This document shows, piece by piece, positions 26,969 to 41,474 of a DNA stretch of 64,000 bases. A program made the translations under genes and the position numbers. The notes under the pieces were generated by a model. That model ran no database searches. It saw only the letters and a list, made by a program, of their open reading frames with translations, and was not told the DNA's origin. The first letter of the stretch is position 1, and every line of letters begins with the position of its first letter. This DNA comes from Octopus vulgaris (taxonomy: Eukaryota), in contig OX597814.1 in the NCBI GenBank assembly GCA_951406725.2, positions 50,158,001 to 50,222,000 on the forward strand, written 5' to 3'.

Positions 26969-27528
26969 AACATAGGAAAGTACGACAACAACGGTTACAG
27001 CATCGAAAACAGAGTTATTTCCTCTAGAGGGCCTCAAATTAACATTCTCTCGGCTACTCCGCTCAAGGAATTATCAGCTAAGATTTGAATGGCAATATGA
27101 ATTTCTGGAGGGGGAAAAAAAGACAAACACAAAACTTCTTTCTTTATTTTATATTTATTTTTTTCGATCTTTCCAGCCCAACCTCGCCTCTCCCCAAACC
27201 CCGTCGTTTCACTCTCACCTTTTCTACTTTGCATTTCACTCCTCATCAATTTCTCTCTTTCTTTTCTGTTTCTTGATATTTTTCAGCGGCCAGTTTCGAA
27301 GATGCTAAAATATCATGAGACTACAACTGTTTATCTTCTGTCAATCAATCAGGAAGCCTGTAATGTTTTCAGTTGCTGGTGACATCTATTCATAGTTGCC
27401 CTCACCGATTTCATTTTTTTACTCTTTTTACCCTTGTGTTATTTGGTGTAAGTAAACCATATACCATCTCTCTTCCAAATTCGTAGTGTTGCACAAGTGG
27501 CAGTAAAACACACACATTCGAATATATT

Positions 27529-27565
<37 letters not shown>

Positions 27566-27808
27566 GTCTCTAGGCACATATGTATTTAAATAAACATATA
27601 TATTTACATAGAAATATGTATATATAAGTGATTATATATAAAGAGGTTTTGACTACAATGTTTCTCCGAAGATCCTCATATTCTGTAAAAAGAAGATGAA
27701 AATATTAGTAAAGTAAAGAGATGTTGCTCTTGCAAGTAGTAGTAGTAGTGGTAGCAGCAGCAGCAGCAGCAACGGAAACAGCAGCAGTTGCAGCAACAGC
27801 AGCAGCGA

Positions 27809-27846
<38 letters not shown>

Positions 27847-28199
27847 TATGGTTTGGTTCGGTTAAAGAATTTCAACTGCAATTTAAGAGATGGTTTCAGT
27901 TTTAAAAAATTGGATGCCGACAGTATAACGTGCGAAGGTTAAGGAATTAAAACCTTAAAAGTAGAAAGATAAAACAACACATGATTAGGAAAGCAAAAAT
28001 GCTTAATGTTATGTAAAACAATTGATAAGAATGAATGGAAGACAGGATTTGTAAATCTATTGTGTGACTTCTGTTGAAATCAGAGAGGAAAAGAAAGGCG
28101 TAGTGTGTTATTCTGTGTCGATTATGATGCAAGCACCAACCTAGGGGTGGTGACATTCAGAGCAGTTAAACTGATAAGCAAATGCAGTAAGATATTTAT

Positions 28200-28530
28200 T
28201 CTTTTATTCTTTTACTTGTTTCGGTCATTAGACTGCGGCTATGCTGGAGTACCACCCTGAAGAATTTTAGTTGAATTAAGCGAACTCAGTACATTAAAAA
28301 AAAGTTTTAAAGCCTGGTACTTATCCTGTCGGTCTCTTTGCCGAAGTACTAAGTTACAGGGACTTAAACAAAAGCAATACCGGTTGTCAATCGGTGGTGG
28401 GGGACAAACACAGCGACACACACATTATATATATATATATATGTGTGTGTATGTATGATGGGCCTTTTCAGTTTCCTTGTATTAAATCCACTCTCAAGGC
28501 TTTGGTCGGCCCGAGGCTATAATAGAAGTA
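28200..28530 (-). mobile_element. CORE-like Octopus SINE lacking its 5' head
   Basis: Family tail and middle (GGCTTTGGTCGGCCCGAGGCTATA) with an internal TA/TG microsatellite. Confidence 0.88.
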
Positions 28531-28573
28531 CCCACTGCCTGAAAGTTTATTTTAACTAAGGATATATACAGGC

Positions 28574-28728
<155 letters not shown>

Positions 28729-28949
28729 TATATAGGAGACAGTACCCTTAGTCGTTGTTAATAAATATTTCCTTGAGAGGGCACATTGCAAGAACATGAG
28801 ATCAAATCACACCGGAATGAGTAAGCACGTGATCAATATTTCAAAACGCCTAAAATCAATATTTCAACCATCCGTAACTCAATGAAGAATAAATCCAAAG
28901 TCTACGTAATGCAGCTTTTCTTTAGAATAGACCAGTCTAAACAAATATT

Positions 28950-29470
28950 TGTTGTTGATGATGTTGTTGTGTAACCGCAGAGGAACTCTACTGGATAGTA
29001 GTAATCGATTGAACACGATACACGACTTACTGCCTTATAGTCTTACTTATTCTGTGTCTCCGCCTAGCTGAGGTCTATACAAGCAGCGATAACACGTATA
29101 GGCTGAAGTGTTACACTTTGGATATTTAGCAGTCTGTCCAGCCTATCCAGTCAAATTCTATGATCGTAGATTCTAGAAGTGGCTAGGGCGAGCGTGGGTC
29201 GAGCAAAGCCGGCTCAGTCAGACAGCGATGATTTCTTTGGTCTTTTGCACTCAAAACACTTTTATAGGCATTTTAAGGCCCAACCCATACATTATTGTAT
29301 CACATGTTTGCATTTGCTGACACATTTTTGCATCTCATGAATGTATCGTTTGATCAGTACTGTAGCTTTGCATACCCTTTGTCTTCTTTCTGGCAAGACT
29401 TAACGGCAATTTCGCTGATCGAGCAGCCGGATAAAGGCTTCCAAGCTAGTTCGAGTTTAAGCCAGTGATC
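28950..29470 (-). mobile_element. Possible 3' end of an RTE-type LINE
   Basis: GC-richer island ending in (CAA)n on the minus strand, with a degenerate Cys-rich C..C....GL pattern near 29290-29340. No RT motifs seen. Confidence 0.35.
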
Positions 29471-29598
29471 ATTATCGACGAAGCCAATTTACTAGGATCA
29501 GTAAATTGTAGTTCGGTTAAGATTATAATCAAGATTTAATATTTTAGTATTTCCCTAAATATAACGTGTTTTGTTGTCCAATTGCTGTCTTCTCATAG

Positions 29599-29802
29599 AT
29601 TTCATCATCTTTGCTGGAGTCTTTACTTGCGCTTGCTGAACGTCAAAGCTTTGATCGTGAACAAGCTCTGGGGACTGTTGTTTTTCGGGATATGAATAAC
29701 AATATACCTCGCCTCTTATCTATCATATCTAGAAATATTCGGCAAACTTGTAATAACTTTCTTCCCCCGCGAAACAACGAATTACATGGCATATCTCAAA
29801 AG
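29599..29802 (+). CDS. Candidate internal coding exon of an unidentified host gene (68 codons, phase 0/0)
   Basis: Pyrimidine-rich acceptor CTGTCTTCTCATAG, then a 204-nt open frame ISSSLLESLLALAERQSFDREQALGTVVFRDMNNNIPRLLSIISRNIRQTCNNFLPPRNNELHGISQK, then donor AAG|GTAAAG. No recognised homology. Confidence 0.3.
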
Positions 29803-30749
29803 GTAAAGGTAAATCAATGTTTTTTTTTCTGCATACTTATGTTTTGTTGTTATTTGCGAAAGCTTCGTTCATTGTTGGGAGCAAACTGCACAGAGTGCAT
29901 ACAAGTATTACAGCAGTTTCAACAGCAAACTTATTCATTTTGACGGATTCAAGTTATTTATACACTCAACAGAGACAAAAATATCAAATTATTTTGGTGA
30001 TGGTATTTTCTCGAAGGAACGAGAGTTTCGGAATAAGAATGTAAAAAGGTTATTTTAGATTGTGATTGAAACTACAATAATTGTGTTCTTCACTCCACCC
30101 CCAGAAGTACAGTTAATATCCTATTAGAATATGCAAATTATTGGGCACCAAAAGTATTACAAGATTGATTTATGTAACACAATGACGACGATTTAATAGA
30201 AAATATATTAAAACCTAAATTAATATAATGCAATGATATAGTAATAGCATTACCCGTGAAAATTCCACAGCTATTTTGAAAACCTAAGATGGGTGGAAGT
30301 TTATAGAGAACCATGAAATACCTTTCTTTTAAGGTAGTATTTTTTCTGCAACAAATGATTTTTTTTTACATTGTGTTAAATTCATATGATTTGTAATTGA
30401 AAGTGAAGTCTTAAGTGAGAACAACTTAGAAAGTTTTATTTCTTTGTTATACACTTGCTACTCTTCTACCTTGAGAGTTGTTATCTACTATTTTTCACTT
30501 TACCTCAAGAAGTAATCACTATGACTATGGAAAAAAATCACAGATATGGTTTATATATTGTTTTACTTTGCTATAGTATGACTACTTGAGAAAGCTTTAT
30601 CAAATTTTAATAAACTGTATTACATCCTAATTTTCAGATTTGAGAAAAGTTTATTTAATTAAACTTGAATCAGTGATGTCCTCGTTCTGACTCCTTATTC
30701 CTTCTAGTCATGTTAAGCTAACTGAAAAAATTACACTGAACAAAACAAA

Positions 30750-30900
30750 TATCAGTAATATTTCTGGATATTTTCTGCTATGAATATCGTTCCTTACTTC
30801 TGGGCATTGCATATCTAGAATTACATGATCTAATGTATCACTCATTTTTCAAAGCCATAGAGTATATATTTAAGAGAGATTTGGCTATAACGACTAAAAT
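30750..30900 (-). repeat. Old interspersed repeat, inverted copy
   Basis: CTAGAATTACATGATCTAATGTATC...TTTAAGAGAGATTTGGCTA resembles 15390-15470 and the reverse complement of the 31229 unit. Confidence 0.55.
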
Positions 30901-31228
30901 ATTGCTCTTTCGTTGGTTCGAAGTCTCACCGGTTATGGACAGAGGAAGATGTGTGCTCTGTTTAAGCATTACATACCTCTACTTTCACGTGCTGAATCCT
31001 CTCTCGGCACACTCCTTCTTAGTCATTTCAAAATCAATTGGACACAAGATCAATTCCCTCAGTATGAACGTAAAGACACTCCAGTATATTGTTGGAAAAG
31101 TCCACTTGGGTGTAGAGGGAATTGAATTGAGTTGTAATACATTTATTTATTGCAGTTTTGTAGAAAAGTAATGCTTTGTACTTAACCATAAAATCTCCTC
31201 TGCCAATTTAAGATTGTAGCAAACATAT

Positions 31229-31561
31229 TGCTTGTACGTGGTCGTTCGACCAGCTAAAAATTGCAGCCCAACTTATTTAAATTACTCTCTTCGATCTGAA
31301 AGAAGAAAAGGATACCTTACATAATATAATCCTGTATATTCTTAAAAAAAGTAAGGAGAGCCGTGACTGGAAAGTCTTTCATCATAAGCTAATAGTGCTT
31401 GTATGTGGTCGTTTGACCAACTAAAAATTGCAGCCCAACTTATTTAAATTACTCTATTCGATCTGAAAGAAGAAAACGATGCCTTAGATAATATAATGCT
31501 GTATATTCTTAAAAAAAGTAAGGAGAGCCGTGACTGGAAAGTCTTTCATCATAAGCTAATA
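31229..31561 (+). repeat. Head-to-tail tandem duplication of a 167-bp piece of an old repeat
   Basis: 31229-31394 and 31396-31561 differ at about 8 positions. Confidence 0.95.
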
Positions 31562-33407
31562 TGAAGATAAACAATAACAATTACAACCAAATTATATCAG
31601 TATGACTCGAGAATGACCAAGCTGCAATGGTGTGGAGAAGATTTTTATACCTTAAGAAATAATTGAAAATGAATTTAGCAATTTTTACACATGATTTCCA
31701 ATCAAGTCATTTGCTTGACAAGTACAACTCTGAAAAGAAAACATTGCCACCAGTAAAACGGCATTTTATAAAATACATGACGACCATAATCACCTCAACT
31801 AACACATTAAAAGCATCATTTTTAACATCATCAACACTGTTACAATTACCAAACGAAAATGCTCCTGACTGCTTAAACATTCAGAATAATTGTTCCCACC
31901 TCAAATATTATCAAAGTCAGTCTCATTACAAACTTCACAACGATTATCGCTTCTAGTAGTAATTTACTCAGCTGTCACCACAATCACCACCACCAACAAC
32001 AGCAACGAACGAATAAAACCACCTGTACATTGTAATTCTATCTACTTGAAACTGTGGCCAAGTATTCCTTAAACACACTCTAACCTATCAAAAATGGATC
32101 ATATGTAAGACTATAATAGACAATATATTATACAATTAGGTATACAGAGCCTGAAGAAAAATTTTAACAGGATGCTAATGGCTGGAACATTTTGGCCGTA
32201 TGTCTGTTCAATCAAACCAGTGTTAGTGCTAAAGAGCCGTAACAACAACAACAACATTTACAGCAGCACGTGAGCAATACCGCAACAATAACAATAACAT
32301 TGATGTCACATAACTGATTCTGTTAGCTACAATGTCTTTACCACGAACATCAATCGTTCCCCGCAAATATCAATAACAGCAATATCGGCCACACGCTTCA
32401 AATTAACGTAAAAGTAACCGCTACCCACAAACACCATTCAGAACACCCGATACCACTACATCACTATCAAAGCATTCATAATCAACAATGTGATCCACTT
32501 CAACGATGAAAATCATGCAAAAGTTTTGAGACAAGTCACATATGTGACATAATGCAAGATTTTTTTTCATAATGTTCAACGAAGTCTTCCTCCCCATGCC
32601 TTCATTATCGGAATATCTCCACCTTGTCCTATTTATAGCCAGATATCGATTGAGCTGAATATCTTTCGTGTGAGAGATATGTTTTCCCTACATTTATTAT
32701 TAATATTTTCTCCCCATCCTACTCCATTCCATCGCTAGCCACCAGATGCCAAGCAAAAATTGTGAATAAATACCGGTTGGGGGCTTTTGTCTTCAAACAT
32801 ATATTCGTTTCGATGCCGACTGTTTCAGCTTCCTCGAGCCTTTCCTTTGCTTCTTTTTATTTATTTATTTATATTTTTATAGTTCTTGATTTGTTCTATG
32901 ATTGGTCTTGTTCTCTGTTTTCCTGCTCTGACATTGTTATTAATATTGAAGGCGAAGTAATGCAAAAGTACAAGTGTAGAATAAATTCTTAAAAACGATC
33001 TGTCACAACGATTTAGTTGGGTTATTTAAATATTTTGGTTGGAAACAAAGATGGGTGGAAGCAAAGATGATCTGTAAATTCTTATTTTGTTGGAAGATCG
33101 CTGAATAATTTGTAACGTAGCGTGCGGGAACCTTGGTAAAGTACTAAAGAGAACCTCTTGTATACGATAAGAATAGAAATAACCATAAAAATTGCATCAG
33201 CATGTGAACATATTTAGATGTGTAAACAAATGACTAACTAATTCGAGTGACTGAGAATGATGAAATCAGTTTCAAATTAGTCTTTTACAATACATGTGCT
33301 GCTTGCTTAGTGTCTTGTTGGAAACAGGATAGAATAGGGATTGGATAACTTGTAACCAACTGCAGTGAGAACAAGTTTAATTCTTGAAATGTTATTAATT
33401 GAACATA

Positions 33408-33573
33408 GGCGCATGAGTGGCTGTGTGGTAAGTAGCTTGTTTACCAACCACATGGTTCCGGGTTCAGTCCCACTGCGTGGCACTTTGGGCAAGTGTCTTC
33501 TACTATAGCCTCGGGCCGACCAAAGCCTTGTGAGTGGATTTGGTAGACGGAAACTGAAAAGAAGCCCGTCGTG

Positions 33574-33617
<44 letters not shown>

Positions 33618-33840
33618 TGTGTGTGTTTTTGTGTCTGTGTTTGTCCTCCTAGCATTGCTTGACAACCGATGCTGGTGTGTTTATGTCCCCGTTACTTAGC
33701 GATTCGGTAAAAGAGACCGATAGAATAAGTACTGGGCTTACAAAAAAGAATAAGTCCCGGGGTCGAGTTGCTCGATTAAAGGCGGTGCTCCAGCATGGCC
33801 GCAGTCAAATGACTGAAACAAGTAAAAGAGTAAAAGAGTA
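33408..33840 (+). mobile_element. Full-length tRNA-derived CORE-like Octopus SINE with internal (TA)n(TG)n
   Basis: A-box TGGCTGTGTGG, B-box GGTTCAGTCC, core CACTTTGGGCAAGTGTCTT, microsatellite at about 33572-33627 and a (TAAAAGAG)-repeat tail. Confidence 0.93.
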
Positions 33841-36800
33841 ATATGTATATATGCTTTCTCTATAATTGTTAGTGTTCCAAAATTCTTGAATTGTGTGAAT
33901 TTACTGTCAGTTTCCAGTACAGAAATTACGCTTCATTGTTGCTCTAACAAGCCAATGTCTTACAAACCATCCTCTTTTCTGCTCAATTCCATTTCCAATC
34001 AAATTAAAGAATCCAATTAAATCGTTCCGAGAGAACGAATGAGTTGGGACAGGGATCAAAACGTAAAAGAACAAACATGTAAAACTTCGCCGTTGGGTTC
34101 CGTCATTCGCTGCCCCAAAGAAAGGCAGAACAACCTCAGCAAAAGTCAGCAATAACAGAAGCAAGACAAAAAAATTGATTTATATATTGTCATGAGATTT
34201 TTATTAGCCGATAAAGAAAAAAGAAGCAACCCTCATAGTTTAATGTTATTGTAGTAGATTCTGAATTAAGTAGAATATTATATGGTCAAATAGAAAGCTA
34301 TATATTGTGACAAGTATATATAAAAACATATAGTTGTGTATGATAAACTAGATTGCACGTAAACAGAGGAAATAAGGTAAGAATTGTGTAATAGGTTAAC
34401 CTCTTAAACATGAGTTATACATTCCCAGCATCTGAACGTAGCTTTAACACTAGAGTGACTACTGATAATTCTTCACATTTCCGTAATGACCTTCTTAAGG
34501 GATGGAAACAAAAATGAAAGTCTTAAGGAATTTTACTTCTTAAGAACATTATAGAACGTTATTGAATATAAGCAATTACTATTTCAAACGGTTTAGCGGC
34601 TTTCTCGGACCCGCTTTCCAATAATGTTTTTTCTGCATTGTGATAATTAAGGGGTTATTCTGGATGAAAGTAAAAATATGATTTCATATAGTCAATATTA
34701 GTTTTCAGATAGAATGTTGTATAATGTTATTAGTATAAAACCACTATATTTAACGTTCATGAAAACCCTAAAATAAATAGGGTTTCCTGTATGACGACGA
34801 GATTAAATGTGTAGAAGGCAGTGAACTGCTAAATTATGGTTGATGGACGACCTTAAATAGTATATGGTATATAGTTTAATGTGCTTCCACTCCTGACAAC
34901 ATGCCGCTTTTCCATAAGTAAACATGTTAAAGTGCATTAGTAATTCCTACTAATCTGACATTCGTACATCACCTTCATGTGACAGAGTACTTTTATTTCT
35001 GCTTGTAACTGGCTTCTTAGATGTAAAGTCACAGATTTATAATGAGATTATTCGATATTAACTAGTGTAAATTTGCTTTAACTAGTTTGTAAAGACAAAT
35101 GAGTAATAGTTTGCAATATGCTCTGTAGTAGTCATGCATCTGATCACTACTCACATTCTAATTAAAAGTGTTTTAACTAATTCCAAACTTTCATTCGAGG
35201 ATCACTATAATATTTTAATACCTCACTTTTGCTGCTGTGTTTTGTACAAAAACTGTAACAATACTAGATCACCATATTGTTTTCTGTTTCATACATCCAT
35301 CCATCTGAGTTACAAACATAACACAAAGTCCACTGTGCCATTTGGATGCCTTTAGCAGAGTTCAATATGTTACAAAAAATTAACATACTGCTTTGCAGAC
35401 GTTTAGGCCTGGTATGAACTGCATGAATGTTACCAGACTGGAAGAGCCTGCAAATGTCATAAGCGACGCCTTTATTTTCAGAATCGCCTATAAAAGTGAG
35501 AAACTGGTAGCTGGCAGTAGTGAAGAAAAATCCTGAGAGTGATATACAAAGTGGTGGGGTGAGATTTAAATATATACTAAAATGCACTTGATTAATACAT
35601 ACTAAACGCACTAAATACAAAGTCACCTGATATACCTCAACATTCGAATGGTTATGAGACATACTACCAGCACTACAGTGCCAAAACTGCAACAAGAATT
35701 ACTTGAGCGTTTCACGTTTACACATTGAGTACAAGCTGCAACTAAATAGTAATTTAAAATAATATTTTATTTTTATATTCATATCGAAATAGAAATATCG
35801 ATGAGTGTAACTGAAAGGTCTTGCTTTTATATTTATCATGACTATTCAATGAAACATTTCTAGTTCGGAAATGTTCACTTCCACTAAGTTCGTCTACTTT
35901 TAGTAATGGTTGCATGGAAGTACACAGAAGCATTCATATTTAAACTTCCAAAAATGTCACGCCGACCTGGATTTCTGTTAGGTTCTGTTTTAAAGTTTGA
36001 TTCCAGTCTAAAAGTAATATTCCTATCGGAGAAACATATGCAGAAATTTGATGTCTTAAATGTTATACATGAACTCATCTACGTGTATAAATATTACATG
36101 AATATATAAAATATAACATGCCTATGCATATTAATGCATATATGTGCCTGGATGTTAATACACGAAAAGCCAACAAACAAAACAAAAGTACTGTGTGTGT
36201 GTATATATACATATGTATATACAACTAGATGTTTACGTGCGAGCACTAGTGTAGGAAAGAATACATTTATGATTGTAATGAACAAAACTATTAGTTGTTC
36301 ATATTTTGGCCTTCCTATGACTCTAGCGTTTATTACATTGGGTTTTCTGGTCCCTTATCATATTCCTCTTGAGACTTTCTAGTTAATTGGTCATTCGTGA
36401 AATATCTCCATGAAGGTTTAATGGGCAAACGTGGCTGTATTCAGAAAAATGCCTATTGTGAATTATGAATATTGTTTTTCTCTCGATGAAATGCGATTAT
36501 GTCAAAGGAAACTACTGTAATCCGCAAGTTCCATAGTTAATATGCATATGTTGGAAATGTTTTATCCATGTCAGGGTTTGGCTGGTGCCAAGAGAAAAAC
36601 CAATAAATTCAGCATGATGGTTGGTGTGTATTATAAAATAATTCAAAGGTGTTTGGTTTCTCTGTTGCCTATAAGCATATTTAAAATACACTGTTTTCCC
36701 AAGCTACCGTCTCATTTCGCTGTTAAGATCCAACCCAGTTCTGTTTTAAAACCATTTCCCTTTCTTTTATCATGCTGCCTGCATATTGTTTATATTTATT

Positions 36801-37106
36801 GATGATTTGACAGCAATTATTCAAAGATGCATAATATATGTTTAGATCAACACCAGGATGGAATTGCTAAAGTTGTCTTAAAGCATGATGCTGCAGATAC
36901 AACTATAATAATAATAAAAAAACTCTTCTACTCTCTGTTTTTTTTTGATAGATTAAATGTTAGTCATCTCATAAAGCTGAATCATTTCCTTATAATCCCA
37001 TGGCATACATGTGCGTGTGCGTGTGTGTATGTGTGTGTATGTGTGTGTATGTATACGCATGCACACACACATATATATATGTGTGTATATATATATATGA
37101 TATATA

Positions 37107-37143
<37 letters not shown>

Positions 37144-39218
37144 TATACATATATAAATACTGAAAAATAGTGGTAGGTATATAGGTAAATAGATAGATAG
37201 ATAACAGGGAGATAGACATACAGGTAGACAAGTGCTTCCGAAGAAGCATCTTAACTCAGCGAAAACAAGATATTTTCCTTCTGAAATTGCTCAATAAATA
37301 ATCAAAAATAGTCAGAAGTATATCAATTGTCTACGTGAGAGGGTCAATAGAACTAATACTAATAATACACTCTTCAACTGCAGCGAGAGTCTTTCATCAG
37401 TTAATATTTCCAGATTTTATACTTGTAAAAACATCCTTTTACAATGTAAAAATGCGTGCATATGTACGTGCGTGTGTATGCGCGCGCGTATTTGTGTATG
37501 TATGCATTTCTCTGATCCTGAAGTGAAAACAAAGCGAAGCTGTTTGTTGTGTGATATTACTTATAGGTGTTGTTTAAAACTATAAAACCTGAGCGTTGTC
37601 TACTCCGCCCTGATGTAAAGCATCATGAGAAATTAAGAATATTAGGAAACACAGAGCAGAAAAATCTTGCTGGGAAATTTAAATTTTCTTTTCTTTTCTG
37701 CTGATGATATGACCCTCAGTATTTATAATAATATTAAAGATGAAAATTATGATGGTTATTTATTCGAGTGAAGACAAATTTGTGGTAAATGTGGCTACGG
37801 TCCTTATAGTTAGTGTTGTATGATGAATAAAGTGTCTTGTAACATTTGTCATAAAACATTTGCTATAAGTAGATATTTAAGATACTTCTATGAAATATAA
37901 TTTCTAGCCAACTACTTTGATAAATACAAATGACGACTCAATATCTTTAATTTTTGTAACTAAGATTATATATAAAAGTATTTCAAATATATGTATTTTT
38001 GACGTCATATTTGCCGAAAATGGCGATTTTCTTCAGAGCAGACTGTTGGTCTCGCTCAGCTATTCGTCTGTGTTACTATAGGGACAAATGTCTCAGAGGA
38101 GTATGACCATAATGCTATGTTTTATTGAATGAACGAGATAACAACAACAACAAAAATGTCTGCTATGGCAAGCGTATTATATAGATCTCTTTTTGGCAGC
38201 TGTATAAAACAAGCAAAATGATTGCAACTGTGTCTTCAATAAATGTACATACAATCACTTCGGCTGTGCTCTTTATGTCGTCTATCGATTACATGCTGGA
38301 GTGGATTACATTTTAACAATTTTTGTATATCGTGACATGTACTGTATAATTGAAGCTTCGTGCAACTAGACTGGCGTGGTTTCAATTGCAGACTGAAATC
38401 GATTCAACTCGTTTGCCCTACAAATAGGAAAGTTATAAACGTAACAAAAAATTATATAGGACCTTGATCGTAAAGAAAGCATGAATGTTCAAACTGATCG
38501 TAAGCGAGCAGATATAAGCTTGTGATAATATGGCTGCATGTGTTTATTTATTAAAAATAGGCACTTCTTACGTCATAAAATAATTTGGATGAATGACTCC
38601 TTGGCTATTAGTAAACGTTCAGTATTGTCGTAATGATAAATAGAATTATTTCTACATGCTGGAATTATCCAGAAATATCAGAAATTTACCATACTGTATT
38701 AGTGGTTGATAAAGTGGTTGTAACACGGGACTATAGGGAATGTTAATGAAATACAAATTGAGAAAAGTTGTAATTCATTATTCCCTGCTCCCGGATGTAT
38801 ACTTGGGTAAAATTGGAAAACGAGGAGTAAAATTAATTTATAATCAACAAATAAATATGCAAAAATTGAAAATATTTTTATAGAATCTGGACGGCTGCAC
38901 CACTCCATTTATTAAAAACAGATATATGATAATTCGTAAGTTTCGAAGGAAATATGAATTTTCCAGAAACTTACTTTAAAATCTTTTAAGGTTAAGCTAT
39001 TGCCCACATCATTTCATAACAGAGTTCTTAACTACTCTCGATTTTACTCCGGCCCCCAACGACCATTGTTATTTCCATTTCCTCTCAATGAATTTTCATT
39101 CACTCTTTTTCCTTAACATTCTCAATTTCTCTTTGATCTTCATCGCACTTCCTTCTCTATATACATCACCATTTCTACTTGTATTTCTCTCATTTGTTTA
39201 ACTTCTTTAAATTGCTAA

Positions 39219-39248
39219 CATCTATCTATCTATCTATCTATCTATCTG

Positions 39249-39325
<77 letters not shown>
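39219..39325. repeat. (TATC)n microsatellite
   Basis: Directly visible. Confidence 0.97.
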
Positions 39326-40073
39326 ATTTAAATATAGTTATATTTTACTCCCTATATATATAATATAATATAATATACGCACCATTTTTAATTCGCAATT
39401 TCATCCATGAACAAGAAGAATATATTAATACATTCTCCAAACCATAACAATTCTCAAAATATCCAATTAATTAAGAAATGTGATGTTTCGGATATAAAAA
39501 AGGACGAATTCACCTCAAACATCGTCTGGTTTGAAGGAAATATCAATTCGCACACTTTATTTCATTATCAGTTTTATAAATATAATCCTTTTTATTTCCT
39601 CCATCATTATTCATATGATGTTTTTCACAGCTTTCCTAATAGATTCCCTTCCCAAATCGTTTTAAACTGGTATTTTTCTTTATTGAAAAAATTTTAATTC
39701 TTTGAGATATCTTTATTGCGGCATTTCTGTTCGGCTATATTGTTTTAATCATATTGTAACTAAAATTGCACCTAACTATCCAGCAAAGATGCGTGGAAAC
39801 CTAAGAATATATTATCAATGCATCAATATGTGTATATGCATAGAAACATATACATGTTTAGTTTTTTATCGATTGTTCATCTTACTAATCAATTAAACAA
39901 TCAATCCAAATAAACATCTATCTTATCTGGTTATATAGCTAAATATGAGAGTATAGATACTAGCACTTATGTTAGAATACGCAGATATATATATAGATAT
40001 GAATTTCTTTCTCCATCTCCCCATCTTCTCTCTCTATGTATATGTATCATACATATATATCCAACAAACCGAC

Positions 40074-40158
<85 letters not shown>

Positions 40159-41474
40159 CGTGTGCGTAAGTATGTATGTATGTATGTATGTATGTATGTA
40201 TGTATGTATGTATGTATGTATGTATGTATGTATGTATGTGTGAGTGTGTGTTTGTGTGTGTGTGTGTTTGTCTATGTATGAATGTGACAGCACACAACAG
40301 CACACATGCATATATTCATGGTGGTTTTATATCTATATCTACCAGGAACAAAAATTCGATCGCAAGAACGATGAAAATAAATGGAGTACGATAAAAACAA
40401 TTGGTAGCCGATAGATTACCTATTGTGGTGGAAATGTGACAATGAGCACACTGTGGGTATGTCTGTAGTATTTATTGCTCTACAACAGAATATTAGACTG
40501 GTTAGTGCAACCTTTTTCTCGTAATTTCTCTTACGTTTATAATATGATCGAAGTCTTACTTTCAATATACATTTTTTGATAAATTAATCAGAGCAGCGAT
40601 GTCAATGCCATGGACATTGAATGCTCAAAAACAACGGGTTTGAGATCAGGCATCTGCCTTCACAATCTTTGACTTTATAATCTTAAAGTGTGGATGTAAT
40701 TGCATGTGACTTCATAATTTTATTGGAGGACATGATAATCCTCAAGTGATATGTCGGAAAACAATAGTTAAATTTAAAATATTAGGCTATGAATCTAAAT
40801 TTTATCTTATTTGATATTGAAGAAAAGAATTTGTTACCTTCTATTTAGAACTAATTGCAAACATGAGGATTTGATTTGATCTGATTATTTTTTTGACAGA
40901 GACTCCGCAGTAAGTAGAGAGATAGCACATCTGTGCAAACAAATTGGCTTCAAACAGTTATACAAAACTGTTCATATTATGAATATTTGCGAACGCCTCA
41001 AGCTAATTGGAATTTTCTAGCCACTAGTTCTCCGTAACTGTAAGATGTTCTGTGAACCTCGCTTGGTTGTAAGGCAAGTAATGTTATAGACTTAGATTTT
41101 ATATCAGTGAATTATAGCAAAAGATCCTGAATTCAAGATACCTGTTGTGGAATTCTTAGCAGATCTGCAATTTCAAAGTCGTTTTAGACAAATCCATGTT
41201 ATGATTTACCTTCATACACTCAATTAAATCTATTGATTTGTATCCCGTAGTTAAAACGATAGAACATTCGTATCAACAATTTCAAATAATGGACAACTAT
41301 CTCATTCTGATCATTAAAACTTAAGAGCGTTGTACTTTTGTTGCATTGTTTCATTTTCATCGAAGTTAAGTACTGGATGGAAGGTTTGTCATGCATATCT
41401 GTATTTTTCCTGGAGGGAGAGAAGAGATATTAATAATGTGTATGCGCGCGCGTGTGTGCATGTACGTATACACA

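Noticed and set aside
29817-31171. Apparent pseudogene of an ionotropic-receptor-like or C2-domain protein (YSSTL, GIAY..RWF..C motifs)
   Set aside because: It needs many stops and frameshifts, and the best-looking part (30750-30900) is explained as an inverted copy of the old interspersed repeat.
35264-35695. 143-aa minus-strand ORF, and similar ORFs at 59550-60074 and 33907-34164
   Set aside because: No recognisable domains. The 59550 ORF runs through a SINE relic.
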